This document shows, one piece after another, positions 10,201 through 19,709 of a DNA stretch of 64,000 nt (position 1 is the first letter of the stretch; each line of letters opens with the position of its first letter). Origin of the DNA: a bacterium (GTDB lineage: Bacteria; Moduliflexota; Moduliflexia; Moduliflexales; JAUQPW01); NCBI GenBank assembly GCA_030550175.1, contig JAUQPW010000004.1, positions 21,211 through 85,210 of the forward strand, written 5' to 3'. The notes beneath the pieces were generated by a model, which was given only the letters and a program-made list of their open reading frames with translations, did not search any database and was not told the origin of the DNA. The position numbers were made by a program, and so were the translations under genes.

Positions 10201-10652
10201 AAATACTATCCGGCCTTAAAGAACTCAAGGACTACGTTGGAAAAGAAATCGGAGTATCGGAATGGTTCGAGATAACCCAAGATCGCATCAATGCCTTTGC
10301 CGATGTTACTGGGGATCATCAGTGGATCCATGTTGACGTGGAGCGGGCAAAAAAGGAATCCCCCTATGGGGTACCCATCGCCCATGGTTATCTGACCCTT
10401 TCCCTGGCTCCGAAATTCATCAACGAAATCTATCGGGTGGAAGGAATCAAGCTACGGATCAATTATGGGTTAAACAAGGTTCGCTTTACAGGTCCTGTAC
10501 CTGCCGGGAGTCGGATTCGCATGCGGATCCTGCTCAGTGAACTGGAAGAGATCAAAGAAGGAGCCCGAACCCTCATGAAATTGACCTTTGAACGGGAAGG
10601 ACAGGAAAAGCCGGTTTGTGTGGCAGAAGCAATAACGTTATGGTATGTTTAA
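10197..10652 (+). CDS. MaoC family dehydratase
   Basis: FADVTGDHQWIHVD, IAHGYLTLSL, NYGLNKVRF. Confidence 0.9.
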   Translation: MKILSGLKELKDYVGKEIGVSEWFEITQDRINAFADVTGDHQWIHVDVERAKKESPYGVPIAHGYLTLSLAPKFINEIYRVEGIKLRINYGLNKVRFTGPVPAGSRIRMRILLSELEEIKEGARTLMKLTFEREGQEKPVCVAEAITLWYV

Positions 10653-10735
10653 ATCTAACGATTTAAATGATATTAAATTTGATGGGGGCGATGTTATTTC
10701 TGAACTTATAAGAAATATTCAAAGGAGATAGGGTT

Positions 10736-11698
10736 ATGATGCGAGTTGCCATTTTAGATGATTACCAGGGAGTGGCCCTGAAAATGGCCGATTGGAGTGT
10801 CTTGCCAGCCGATGTCAAGATCCAGGTGTTTACCGACCATCTATCCGATGAAAATGCCGTAGCAGAACGGCTCAAGGACTTCGAAATTATTGTAGCCATG
10901 CGGGAGCGAACTCCTTTCCCGAAGACGTTACTGGAACGGCTTCCCAGGTTAAAATTACTCGTTACGACCGGAACACGAAATGCGTCCATTGATATGGAGG
11001 CGGCTGCGAAGCTGGGAATCGTGGTATCCGGTACTGGCCTGTTAATCCAGCCCACTGCGGAATTGACCTGGGGGCTTATCCTGGCCCTGCTCCGAAATAT
11101 CCCTCTTGAGGACCAGGCGGTCCGCTCAGGCCACTGGCAACTTCGAATAGGGGTAGGATTACACGGTAAGGTCCTGGGAATATTAGGCCTCGGAAAGCTC
11201 GGCTCCCAGGTAGCAGCCTTTGGAAAAGCCTTTGGGATGTCTTTACTTGCCTGGAGTCAGAACCTTACACCGGAGCGGGCCGCTCAATGTGGAGCCACCC
11301 TGGTGGGAAAAGAGGAATTGCTATCCCGTTCGGATATCGTTACCATTCATTTGGTCCTGAGTGATCGAACCCGTGGTTTGATAGGAGCTCGAGAGCTGGC
11401 CCTCATGAAGCCAACGGCGTATCTTATAAATACTTCTCGAGGCCCCATTGTGGATGAAAAAGCCCTCATCGAAGCTTTAGAAAAAGGAACTATTGCCGGA
11501 GCAGCCCTGGATGTCTTCGACATAGAACCTCTGCCTCTGGATCACCCCTTCAGACGATTAAAAAATACCGTCATCACGCCCCATATCGGATATGTAACTA
11601 AAGAAACCTATGAAGTATTCTTTGGAGACGCCGTAGAAGATATTCAGGCTTTCCTGGCCGGTAAACCCATCAGGGTACTTAATGCTCCTAAAGCCTAA
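10736..11698 (+). CDS. D-2-hydroxyacid dehydrogenase family protein
   Basis: GLGKLG Rossmann motif, INTSRG, LDVFDIEP, TPHIGY. Confidence 0.92.
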   Translation: MMRVAILDDYQGVALKMADWSVLPADVKIQVFTDHLSDENAVAERLKDFEIIVAMRERTPFPKTLLERLPRLKLLVTTGTRNASIDMEAAAKLGIVVSGTGLLIQPTAELTWGLILALLRNIPLEDQAVRSGHWQLRIGVGLHGKVLGILGLGKLGSQVAAFGKAFGMSLLAWSQNLTPERAAQCGATLVGKEELLSRSDIVTIHLVLSDRTRGLIGARELALMKPTAYLINTSRGPIVDEKALIEALEKGTIAGAALDVFDIEPLPLDHPFRRLKNTVITPHIGYVTKETYEVFFGDAVEDIQAFLAGKPIRVLNAPKA

Positions 11699-11743
11699 AA
11701 ATCAGGCTGTCCCACCTATTAAAGTGACTTGAGTATCCGTATC

Positions 11744-11851
11744 CATTTAGTAGGCGGAAAAAGAAACACCCCCCTGGCCCCCCCTCCCCTCCCCCCGTAT
11801 ACGGGGGGGGCCAGGGGGGTGTTCAGACAGAAAAAGTGACACCTACTAAAT
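11744..11851. repeat. GC-rich palindrome with inverted ends
   Basis: ATTTAGTAGG ... CCTACTAAAT flanking ACACCCCC-TGGCCCCCC...GGGGGGCCAGGGGGGTGT; may also act as a terminator. Confidence 0.65.
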
Positions 11852-11880
11852 TGTTATAGTTACGTGACTTGAAATCTACC

Positions 11881-11909
11881 TTGACGTTCTATCAATTTTA
11901 ACATATCGT
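11881..11909 (+). promoter_or_regulatory. sigma70-type promoter, predicted +1 at the ATG
   Basis: TTGACG-17 nt-TATCGT, then 6 nt, then ATG at 11916. Confidence 0.55.
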
Positions 11910-11915
11910 TGAAGT

Positions 11916-14336
11916 ATGATTACGATTAATAAACAATTTAATCTGGTTTTTGACGAAAGCCTTATCCAGATCTCGAATACCCGGAAGTTTCCTTTTAAAT
12001 GTGTCCTCAGTTTCTCACCCTTTATAGACTTCTGGAGTCAGACCGGATCTCGGAATCAGGCCTTTAAGGCTCCCCTTATTAAAAAAGTTCGAGAAGAATT
12101 AGAGAAGGTACCTGAGTTATTAGGCCCCATTGAAGATCTCTCGATCCTCGAGAAGCACAAAGAACTCATCGATATGCTGATGACCCTGGTTTTTCCACCT
12201 GCTTTTTGGGATCGAGATTATCTGGCGGCTCTTATTCCCTATCACTTCCGGATTTTCTATGCCACGCTTTCTTTTGAGCGGTTTCTGATGGAAAACAGGA
12301 ACTTCATCGGACGGACACACTTAGATGAGCGGGCCATGACCTATGGAACCCTGTTGAAAGCCTATAGCCATATTCTCCAGAAGTTTTACAATGTAAAATT
12401 TGAGTTCGAATACCCCCTGATATTTACAACCCGAGACCCTGAAACAGGATTAGACCGTCACTTTAAATTCAATTTTGATCCACGATTTTGTGAGGTAAGA
12501 AAAGTCGGAGTAGTCAAACCCCTGACCGATGAGGAAAAAAAATACCTCTTCAATAACCTGACGAACTTAAAGACCTGGATGGAACTTATACCCCCTGAAA
12601 ATTTTGAATTTCACGGCTTTACGGTCATCACGGCTACCGATGTCACAGATCAAGAGGTTCTCTCGTCTTTAAAGCGGGATTTGATAGATAGGGAATCTAT
12701 TGTCTCCAGTAAAAAATTCCGCAGCCTGCAAGAAAAACTAAGGACACTCCTCAGGTTGCCGGATCTGGTGTTGGGACTTGCAGCTATCCAGGGGGATCAG
12801 GTATTTCTGATTAATTATGGGCGTAAACTCGAAAAATGCTGTATCTTCTCCGATTCCCAACATTTTAAAACTTCTGACTTTGCCGGTTCTATCTATGAAC
12901 GCTCGGTTAAACAGGGAAATTTGCTGATCATTGAAGATCTTGTAACTTATCCCCATCGCTCGCCAGTCGAAGATCAGATCCTCGCTCAAGGGATCCGAAG
13001 CATGATCGTTGCGCCTCTCTACTATCAGGATAAACTGATCGGGACCCTGGAATTGGGATCCCCGAACCCCGGAGGACTGAATGCCTTAAATGCCCTGAAG
13101 TTAGGGGAGGTTCTTCCTTTATTTTCTGTGGCCGTTAATCGAAGTATGGAAGAGCTAGATAATCGTGTCCAGGCCATTATCAAGAAAAAGTATACAGCCA
13201 TCCATCCTTCGGTAGATTGGCGTTTTCGAAAAGCTGTTCTTAATTATATTGAGAAACGTAATCGGGGTATTCACGAGGAAATAGAGCAGATTGTATTTGA
13301 TAACGTTTATCCCTTATTTGGCGCTACAGATATTCGTGGCTCCTCTACGCAGCGTAATACAGCGATTCAGGCTGATTTAATTGAGCACCTGACGCTGGTC
13401 AGAGAAATTATTCTCCTGGCGGCGAGTTATAAATCCCTTCCTATTCTCGATGAACTTGTTTATCGGATCAATAACAAAATAGCAAAAGTAGAAGCGAGTC
13501 TGGGCTCCGGGGATGAAATCACTTTACTTGATTTCTTACGTCGGGAAGTCGAGCCTCTGTTCGATACCTTGAAAGATTTCGGTCCGGGTATCCAGGATAA
13601 AATTCAGGCTTATCGGTCTGCCCTGGATCCCCAATTGGGAATTATCTATCGTAGGCGGAAGGATTTTGAAGAAAGTGTTGCCCGAATCAACGATACCATC
13701 TCAGATTATCTCGATGAAGAAGAAGAAAAAGCCCAGGCTATGTTTCCCCATTATTTTGAAAAACATAAAACAGATGGTGTGGATCACGGCATTTATATCG
13801 GTGCTTCCCTGGTTGAGGATGGGAAATTCGATTTACTTTATCTGAAAAATCTTCGCCTCTGGCAACTTATGACCGTCTGTGGGATAGCCAGGAAAACCGA
13901 AGAGTTAAAAGGAAGTTTGAAGCTTCCTTTAGAAACAACTCATTTGATTCTGGTCCAGAATATGCCTATGTCTATTCGGTTCCGCATCGATGAAAAGCAA
14001 TTCGATGTGGATGGGGCCTACAATATCCGATACGAAATTGTGAAGAAGCGCATTGATAAAGCCACGATTAAAGGTAGGGATGAGCGGTTAACTCAACCCG
14101 GTAAGATCGCCATCGTTTATTCTCAACCTAAAGAAGCTCAGGAATATCGACAATATATCGACTATCTCCGGGACTCCGGTTATCTGACCGGTGAAGTAGA
14201 AGATTTGGAGTTGGAGGATCTTCAAGGTATCCAGGGGTTAAGGGCCTTACGGGTTATGGTAAATCTTCAAACATCCCTTCAAGGGCAAGATATCCTGCAG
14301 GAAGAAGGAAGAGGTGCGCTACAACCCGTAAATTAA
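11916..14336 (+). CDS. large GAF-domain protein of unknown function
   Basis: GAF motif GIRSMIVAPLYYQDKLIGTLELGS; C-terminal DIRGSS, KTDGVDH, FDVDGAYN, KKRIDKA motifs. Confidence 0.8.
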   Translation: MITINKQFNLVFDESLIQISNTRKFPFKCVLSFSPFIDFWSQTGSRNQAFKAPLIKKVREELEKVPELLGPIEDLSILEKHKELIDMLMTLVFPPAFWDRDYLAALIPYHFRIFYATLSFERFLMENRNFIGRTHLDERAMTYGTLLKAYSHILQKFYNVKFEFEYPLIFTTRDPETGLDRHFKFNFDPRFCEVRKVGVVKPLTDEEKKYLFNNLTNLKTWMELIPPENFEFHGFTVITATDVTDQEVLSSLKRDLIDRESIVSSKKFRSLQEKLRTLLRLPDLVLGLAAIQGDQVFLINYGRKLEKCCIFSDSQHFKTSDFAGSIYERSVKQGNLLIIEDLVTYPHRSPVEDQILAQGIRSMIVAPLYYQDKLIGTLELGSPNPGGLNALNALKLGEVLPLFSVAVNRSMEELDNRVQAIIKKKYTAIHPSVDWRFRKAVLNYIEKRNRGIHEEIEQIVFDNVYPLFGATDIRGSSTQRNTAIQADLIEHLTLVREIILLAASYKSLPILDELVYRINNKIAKVEASLGSGDEITLLDFLRREVEPLFDTLKDFGPGIQDKIQAYRSALDPQLGIIYRRRKDFEESVARINDTISDYLDEEEEKAQAMFPHYFEKHKTDGVDHGIYIGASLVEDGKFDLLYLKNLRLWQLMTVCGIARKTEELKGSLKLPLETTHLILVQNMPMSIRFRIDEKQFDVDGAYNIRYEIVKKRIDKATIKGRDERLTQPGKIAIVYSQPKEAQEYRQYIDYLRDSGYLTGEVEDLELEDLQGIQGLRALRVMVNLQTSLQGQDILQEEGRGALQPVN

Positions 14337-14364
14337 ATAGGGCTGTAATCGCAGGTTATTCCTC

Positions 14365-14690
14365 TATGCATCAAGTTAGGGATTAGACCTGGGGTCTGGA
14401 CACACCTAATCCCCCTTATCCCCCTTTTTAGGAGTAGTTTTTTCTAACTTAATCCCCTACCCTCTTCCCGTGTCGGGAAGGGGGAACTCGGGGATTGCCT
14501 GGGTCTCCACTCTCCCCTTCCCTCACAGGGAAGGGGAGTCGGAGGGGTTAGGTTAAAAAACCTACCCTTGAAAGCCTAATCCCCTCTAGGGGGGAATTTG
14601 GTGGATAACCTTCTAAATCCCCCCTTGAGGGGGGGAAGGGGGATGTTCAGGCCGAAAATAAGGCTTTTCCCCTTCTTAGCTTGATGCGTA
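14365..14690. repeat. nested MITE-like composite repeat
   Basis: Outer inverted ends TATGCATCAAGTTAG / CTTAGCTTGATGCGTA; inner unit (~14424-14574) ends AAAAAACCTACCCTTGAAAG; several C5/G5 hairpins. Confidence 0.75.
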
Positions 14691-15236
14691 TGGGATTATC
14701 CCCCTTTAATTATCAAGATAAGCAATCCTTCCCCCGTGTTTATTGGAATGATGGGTCGGGTAAAAATTTATTGAAATTTCCCTCCTTTGAAGAGTTCTTC
14801 ATGCCGGTGCAACAGGTATTTTGTCCTGTTGTCCCTCCTGTTAAAGGCAAGGAGGTGAGAGGATCCAAAGGATTGGATTCAATTGCCTCCTTGGCTTCTT
14901 CCGCGTTTTTTCTTGACATTTTCTAAGTCAAAAGTAGGATAAGACTTATCGGGTATTCCTCGAGGAGTATAACAAAACGTAAGCCCCTGCGGAATAAAAC
15001 CTACCGGAAGACAGGCTTCGGAGGACCAGTGTGGGATCATATTCTAATAGAAGGTAGTAAGTGGATTTACCTAATTAAGGCCGGAGAGTAAGGGACTATA
15101 AGCAACACAAAACTTTATCGTAAGGTAAAGTGTTAGAGATTAAAAGCCTCAGAGACATGGAGTTACAAACAATTGATAAAAGTTAAAATTTTATTGGGTA
15201 ACAGACCATGTCCTGATCAGAGGAAAGGAGGGAACG

Positions 15237-17186
15237 ATGATCCTGCTTAAAGATCTCTGGAAAAAAAGGGAAGGTAACAAACCCGGTTTACTGGAGCCCG
15301 GAATCCCTATAGTTGGGAGGTGCAAAGGAGCTGCTGCCGGGTATGCCATGGGAACCTTGAGCGTCCTTGTGATGATCATAGCAATAGTTATCGGGTTTTT
15401 CTATTCCGAAGCTGAGGCAGGTGAAGTGACTTATGAAAACCTGCTCAAGGCACATACCAACACCTCAGAATGGTTGATGTACAGCCGGACCTATGATGGT
15501 CACCGCTATGTTCCACTCAATCAAATTACACCTGCTAATGTGCATCGGCTTCGTCCTGCATGGGTGTTTACCACGGGTGGGGAGAATCGGGGTCTGGAGC
15601 TAACCCCCTTGGTTCATGATGGCGTGCTCTATATTTCAGCTGATCAATCGCGGGTATTCGCAGTTGATGCTCGCACCGGCATAAAGAAGTGGAGTTATGA
15701 CCCGAAACTATCCAAGGACGTGGAGCGTGTATATTGCTGTGGATCCAACAACCGGGGTGTGGCACTTCTTGGCAATATGGTATATGTCGGTACCCTGGAC
15801 GCGCGTCTGGTAGCCCTCAACAAAGACACCGGTGCGGTCATCTGGGAAACTAAAGTGAGCGATTGGGAACAAGGATATAGCATTACCGGCGCGCCGTTGG
15901 TGGTCAAGGATATGGTACTCACTGGTGTGGCCGGTGGCGAGTTCGGCATCCGGGGTTTTGTTAAGGCTTATGATGCGAAGACTGGTAATTTACGGTGGAC
16001 CACCTACACCATTCCTGGACCGGGTGAACCGGGGAACGAGACCTGGTCCGGAGACACCTGGAAGAACGGCGGAGGGTCAACCTGGACAACCGGCGCCTTC
16101 GATCCGGAACTCAATCTGGTTTATTGGAACACAGGCAACGCCGGGCCCTGGAACTGTCACGTCCGTCCGGGCGACAATAAATGGACTGCAGCGACCATTG
16201 CCATGGATGCCGATACCGGTAAGATCAAATGGGGCTTCCAGTATACCCCCCATGACTGTTGGGACTATGATAGCATCAGCACACCGGTACTTGCCGATGT
16301 AACCCTTGGCGGCAAGAAGGTAAAGGCCTTGATGCATTACGATAAGAACGGCTTCTTCTATGTTCTCGACCGTACAAACGGTAAATTCATCTACGGTGAA
16401 CCCATAGTTCCCGGGATTAATTGGACCTTAGGCCTGGATCCTGAGACCGGACGGCCAAAGGTGAATCCAGACATGGTAGCCCAGTCCGGTGGTCCGGAAG
16501 TTGCACCAGTTGTACCCAGCCTAGAAGGAGCCATTGACTGGCAGCCGCTGGCTTATAATCCCGACCTCAATTACATTTTCTTCCTGTCCAACGATTGGGC
16601 TATGGGTCTCAAGTTTTGGGCGGAGAACAAGTTTGCACCCCCTACGAAGGGTGAGTGGTATCTGGGCGCCGATTATCAACAGTACCTGAGGAGCGAAAAT
16701 ACCGGTAACTTTGTAGGGTTTGATGTGGTTAATAGGAAGATCGTCTGGAAGGTGACCAGTCCCGCTCCATTCTGGGCCGGTGCTGTGACAACCCAGAGCG
16801 GTCTTGTCTTTACCGGGGATATGCGAGGCTACTTCATGGCCCTCGATGCCCGCACAGGCACGGTACTCTGGCAGTTCCAGACCGGTTCCGGCATTATAGG
16901 AAGTCCTATTACCTACGAACTCGATGGAATCCAGTATGTGGTAGTACCTTCAGGAGGTATCGGCGGCGACATGATTTTCTACTACACGGAACCGAAGGCC
17001 GGTAACATCTGGGTGTTTGCCCTCGACGGAGGGGGTCCTCCCCGGGTTCCGTTCGGGTCAAATCTGGTTACTATTCCAGGTGCTCTACCCAAGGTTGGAG
17101 AACCCGGCGCTACCCTGGGGGGTAGGGTCTTGCCCGGCTACGGCTTCCCACCCACAGAAGGCTCAGAACCCATAAAAAAGGAGTAA
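15237..17186 (+). CDS. PQQ-dependent alcohol dehydrogenase (methanol/ethanol family), periplasmic
   Basis: Vicinal YCCG, NRG, GGEFG, GNAGPW, HDCWDYDS, KNGFFYVLDR; propeller repeats ending in W; signal peptide. Confidence 0.92.
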   Translation: MILLKDLWKKREGNKPGLLEPGIPIVGRCKGAAAGYAMGTLSVLVMIIAIVIGFFYSEAEAGEVTYENLLKAHTNTSEWLMYSRTYDGHRYVPLNQITPANVHRLRPAWVFTTGGENRGLELTPLVHDGVLYISADQSRVFAVDARTGIKKWSYDPKLSKDVERVYCCGSNNRGVALLGNMVYVGTLDARLVALNKDTGAVIWETKVSDWEQGYSITGAPLVVKDMVLTGVAGGEFGIRGFVKAYDAKTGNLRWTTYTIPGPGEPGNETWSGDTWKNGGGSTWTTGAFDPELNLVYWNTGNAGPWNCHVRPGDNKWTAATIAMDADTGKIKWGFQYTPHDCWDYDSISTPVLADVTLGGKKVKALMHYDKNGFFYVLDRTNGKFIYGEPIVPGINWTLGLDPETGRPKVNPDMVAQSGGPEVAPVVPSLEGAIDWQPLAYNPDLNYIFFLSNDWAMGLKFWAENKFAPPTKGEWYLGADYQQYLRSENTGNFVGFDVVNRKIVWKVTSPAPFWAGAVTTQSGLVFTGDMRGYFMALDARTGTVLWQFQTGSGIIGSPITYELDGIQYVVVPSGGIGGDMIFYYTEPKAGNIWVFALDGGGPPRVPFGSNLVTIPGALPKVGEPGATLGGRVLPGYGFPPTEGSEPIKKE

Positions 17187-17324
17187 ATTAACTCTGCCCC
17201 GGCTTCCTTAGGAATTGAAAATAGAATTAAGTCCGGATAAATTCAGAAAAAAGCATCGGTAGCTACCCGGTCAGGGTTGGATATTAAAACTCTATCCCTG
17301 AGTCGATAAAATAGAGCTGAATCC

Positions 17325-17732
17325 ATGAGCCTGGTAGAAAAACATTTTTTGAAGAAACGGTCTGGCATAGCGCGATCCAGGGTTGGGCTTGTCGCCTTTC
17401 TCTTGCTGGTATTACCCTTGATGAAGGTCTTCGCTACCGGAGACGAACAAACCCAGGTCAATACCGCTAAAGAGCTAAAGAACCCTTATTTAGGACAAAA
17501 GGAAGCAATTGAAGAGGGTGAACGGATCTACCGCAGCCGCTGTGTGGGGTGCCATAAGAGCCGGGGCGGTTCCGGCCCCAACCTTTTTAAGACGAAGCTT
17601 ACTGATAAACAGTTCCTGGAAACTGTGATGAATGGGCGTAAAGGCACGAACATGCCCGCCTGGAGTAACTTATTTTCGATTGAGGATGTTTGGAAAGTGC
17701 ATGCTTTTGTCATGTCCCGAGACCAACTCTAA
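17325..17732 (+). CDS. c-type cytochrome, probable partner of the PQQ dehydrogenase
   Basis: CVGCH heme motif, GPNL, axial Met in NMPAW, signal peptide. Confidence 0.9.
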   Translation: MSLVEKHFLKKRSGIARSRVGLVAFLLLVLPLMKVFATGDEQTQVNTAKELKNPYLGQKEAIEEGERIYRSRCVGCHKSRGGSGPNLFKTKLTDKQFLETVMNGRKGTNMPAWSNLFSIEDVWKVHAFVMSRDQL

Positions 17733-17737
17733 GGGTC

Positions 17738-18067
17738 TGTGCACCAGGATAAGGTAAAGAAGCTTAACTCAGTTATCCTGGAGTACGGGCGTCTCACCAC
17801 CCGACCTCCTTTTCTCCCTCTCCAGAAGCTTCAGGAGAGGAGGAACAAGGGCACACGTGCCAGGATAAGCTGAAAAACCCCATCAGGGGTGAACCGTTGG
17901 TAGTCCCCGACGAAAGTCGGAGGATTCAGAATTTTTTCAAGCTCTCTGGCAGCGGCCTGTTAAATAGGTTGCCCCGCTGGGGTTAACCTTCTTATCCTGG
18001 CCCGTAGGAGGAGTGAGGAAGTGAGGCAGACGGTCATACTCCCATCTAAGCCTTATCCTGGTGCGTA
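17738..18067. repeat. nested inverted-repeat element
   Basis: Outer GCACCAGGATAAGG / CCTTATCCTGGTGC; inner GCCAGGATAAG / CTTATCCTGGC; internal ~125 nt recur inverted at 48254-48390. Confidence 0.8.
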
Positions 18068-18307
18068 TAACTCTAAGGATCGAAGGGAAGCACAGGACCT
18101 TTGTGGATCCTCCCGATTCCATGGAAGGTATCCGGGAAACTATAACCCGGTTAAGCTCTTTCCTTTCTGGCTCTGAAGAGTAGGAAGAAGGGAAAATGCC
18201 ATAGATGCAGCCATTGCCTTTGCACCCACCGTCGTGGAGCCGATGATAATCGGCATCTTTATTTGGTTCGACTCTTTTTATTCAACCTTTTGACGAAAGG
18301 AAAAACT

Positions 18308-19180
18308 ATGCCGAGAATTAATAAAGCTGTGGAGTTACTGGAACACGGTCAACCGATTTACCTTGTCAACACCGGAGAACTTACTTATGAAAATGGAGTC
18401 CGTATGGCCCAGACCTGGGGGGATGCCATTCGTCTGGATTTAGAACATGGTCCTTTTGATATTTTAGCGTTGGGTGAATTCATGAGGGGTCTGGTTGCCG
18501 GAGGACCAACCCAAAGTGGACATCGTACGCCCGCGGTGATTGTCGAGCTTCCCACAGATGGAACTGACGAAATGGTTATGCGGGCCAATGCCTGGATGGT
18601 TAAGCAGGTACTGGCCCAGGGAGTTCATGGAATTCTGCTTTGCCATGCCGAAACCCCCGGAGCAGTCAGGGTATTGGTGGAGTCTACGCGGTATTCCTTT
18701 CAGAAAATCGGCGTCGGGGATCGACTGGGACAGGGCCGTAGAGGTAACGGAGGACAGGCTTCTGCAGCAAAAATCTGGGGAGTTAGTGAAAGTGAATATC
18801 TGCGGAAAGCCGATGTGTGGCCACTCAATCCAGAAGGAGAAATTCTCTTGGGGGTAAAAATAGAAAACCTTAGAGCCCTGGAAAATGCAGAAAAAACCCT
18901 GGCTGTTCCGGGAATTGCCTTTGCAGAATGGGGACCCGGTGATATGGGAATGGCCTTAGGTTATCCAGAACAGCACGATCCTCCTTATCCTCAGGAAATG
19001 ATCGATATCCGAGAAAAGGTCAAGAATCTCTGTAAAGTCAACGGTATTTTCTTTTTAAACCAGGTCAGCAAGGAGGATATCACGGCCATGATCGATGAAG
19101 GTGTTATGGTCTGTAGCGCTCCCAATGCCGAGATAGCCTCTATGGGCCGGGTATATACCCGAAGAAAAGTACCCTGGTAA
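18308..19180 (+). CDS. HpcH/HpaI aldolase/citrate lyase family protein
   Basis: DLEHGPFD, VKIEN, EWGPGDM; SD AAAGGA before ATG 18308. Confidence 0.82.
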   Translation: MPRINKAVELLEHGQPIYLVNTGELTYENGVRMAQTWGDAIRLDLEHGPFDILALGEFMRGLVAGGPTQSGHRTPAVIVELPTDGTDEMVMRANAWMVKQVLAQGVHGILLCHAETPGAVRVLVESTRYSFQKIGVGDRLGQGRRGNGGQASAAKIWGVSESEYLRKADVWPLNPEGEILLGVKIENLRALENAEKTLAVPGIAFAEWGPGDMGMALGYPEQHDPPYPQEMIDIREKVKNLCKVNGIFFLNQVSKEDITAMIDEGVMVCSAPNAEIASMGRVYTRRKVPW

Positions 19181-19227
19181 TCGGTTTCTATTAAAAAATT
19201 AACCCTTTTAACCCAGGAGGAATTTTT

Positions 19228-19437
19228 ATGGGTAATCATATCTACAAATTGATTGAACTGACGGGCTCTTCTACAACTTCTATAGAAGATGCCATCCAGA
19301 ATGCCCTTACCCGGGCGGCGAGAACCGTTCGTCACTTGCGCTGGTTTCAAGTCGTTGAAACCCGAGGAACTATTGAAGATGGTCGAGTGGGGTATTGGCA
19401 GGTTACCATAAAGGTCGGATTTACCCTGGAAGAGTAA
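19228..19437 (+). CDS. dodecin (flavin-binding)
   Basis: [19 protein letters not shown]...WFQV...WQVTIKVGF signature; SD AGGAGG. Confidence 0.93.
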   Translation: MGNHIYKLIELTGSSTTSIEDAIQNALTRAARTVRHLRWFQVVETRGTIEDGRVGYWQVTIKVGFTLEE

Positions 19438-19709
19438 TTAATAAATGGCGTGAAACTTGTCCTCCTTAGAGCTTAGATAGGTTTTTTACTTTTTTAAGGA
19501 CACTACCAAGGGGCTGGTTTCTTTTCCAACCGATTTTCTAGCCATCTACTAAATCGATATCAATACTTCTTACCTAAAGTACTTGACATATTTCCACTTG
19601 ATTGGACAAAATGATGCAGTCTCAAGAAGGTCCTGTAAGGGATAGTTATCAAGGGGTTAACCGGCCTCATTAAAGCTTTGGGGGGAAGAGGTCTTCCTTT
19701 GGAGAGAAG

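Noticed and set aside
14940..15236. Riboswitch in the long leader of the PQQ dehydrogenase gene
   Set aside because: Only short palindromes; no aptamer consensus recognised; needs an Rfam scan
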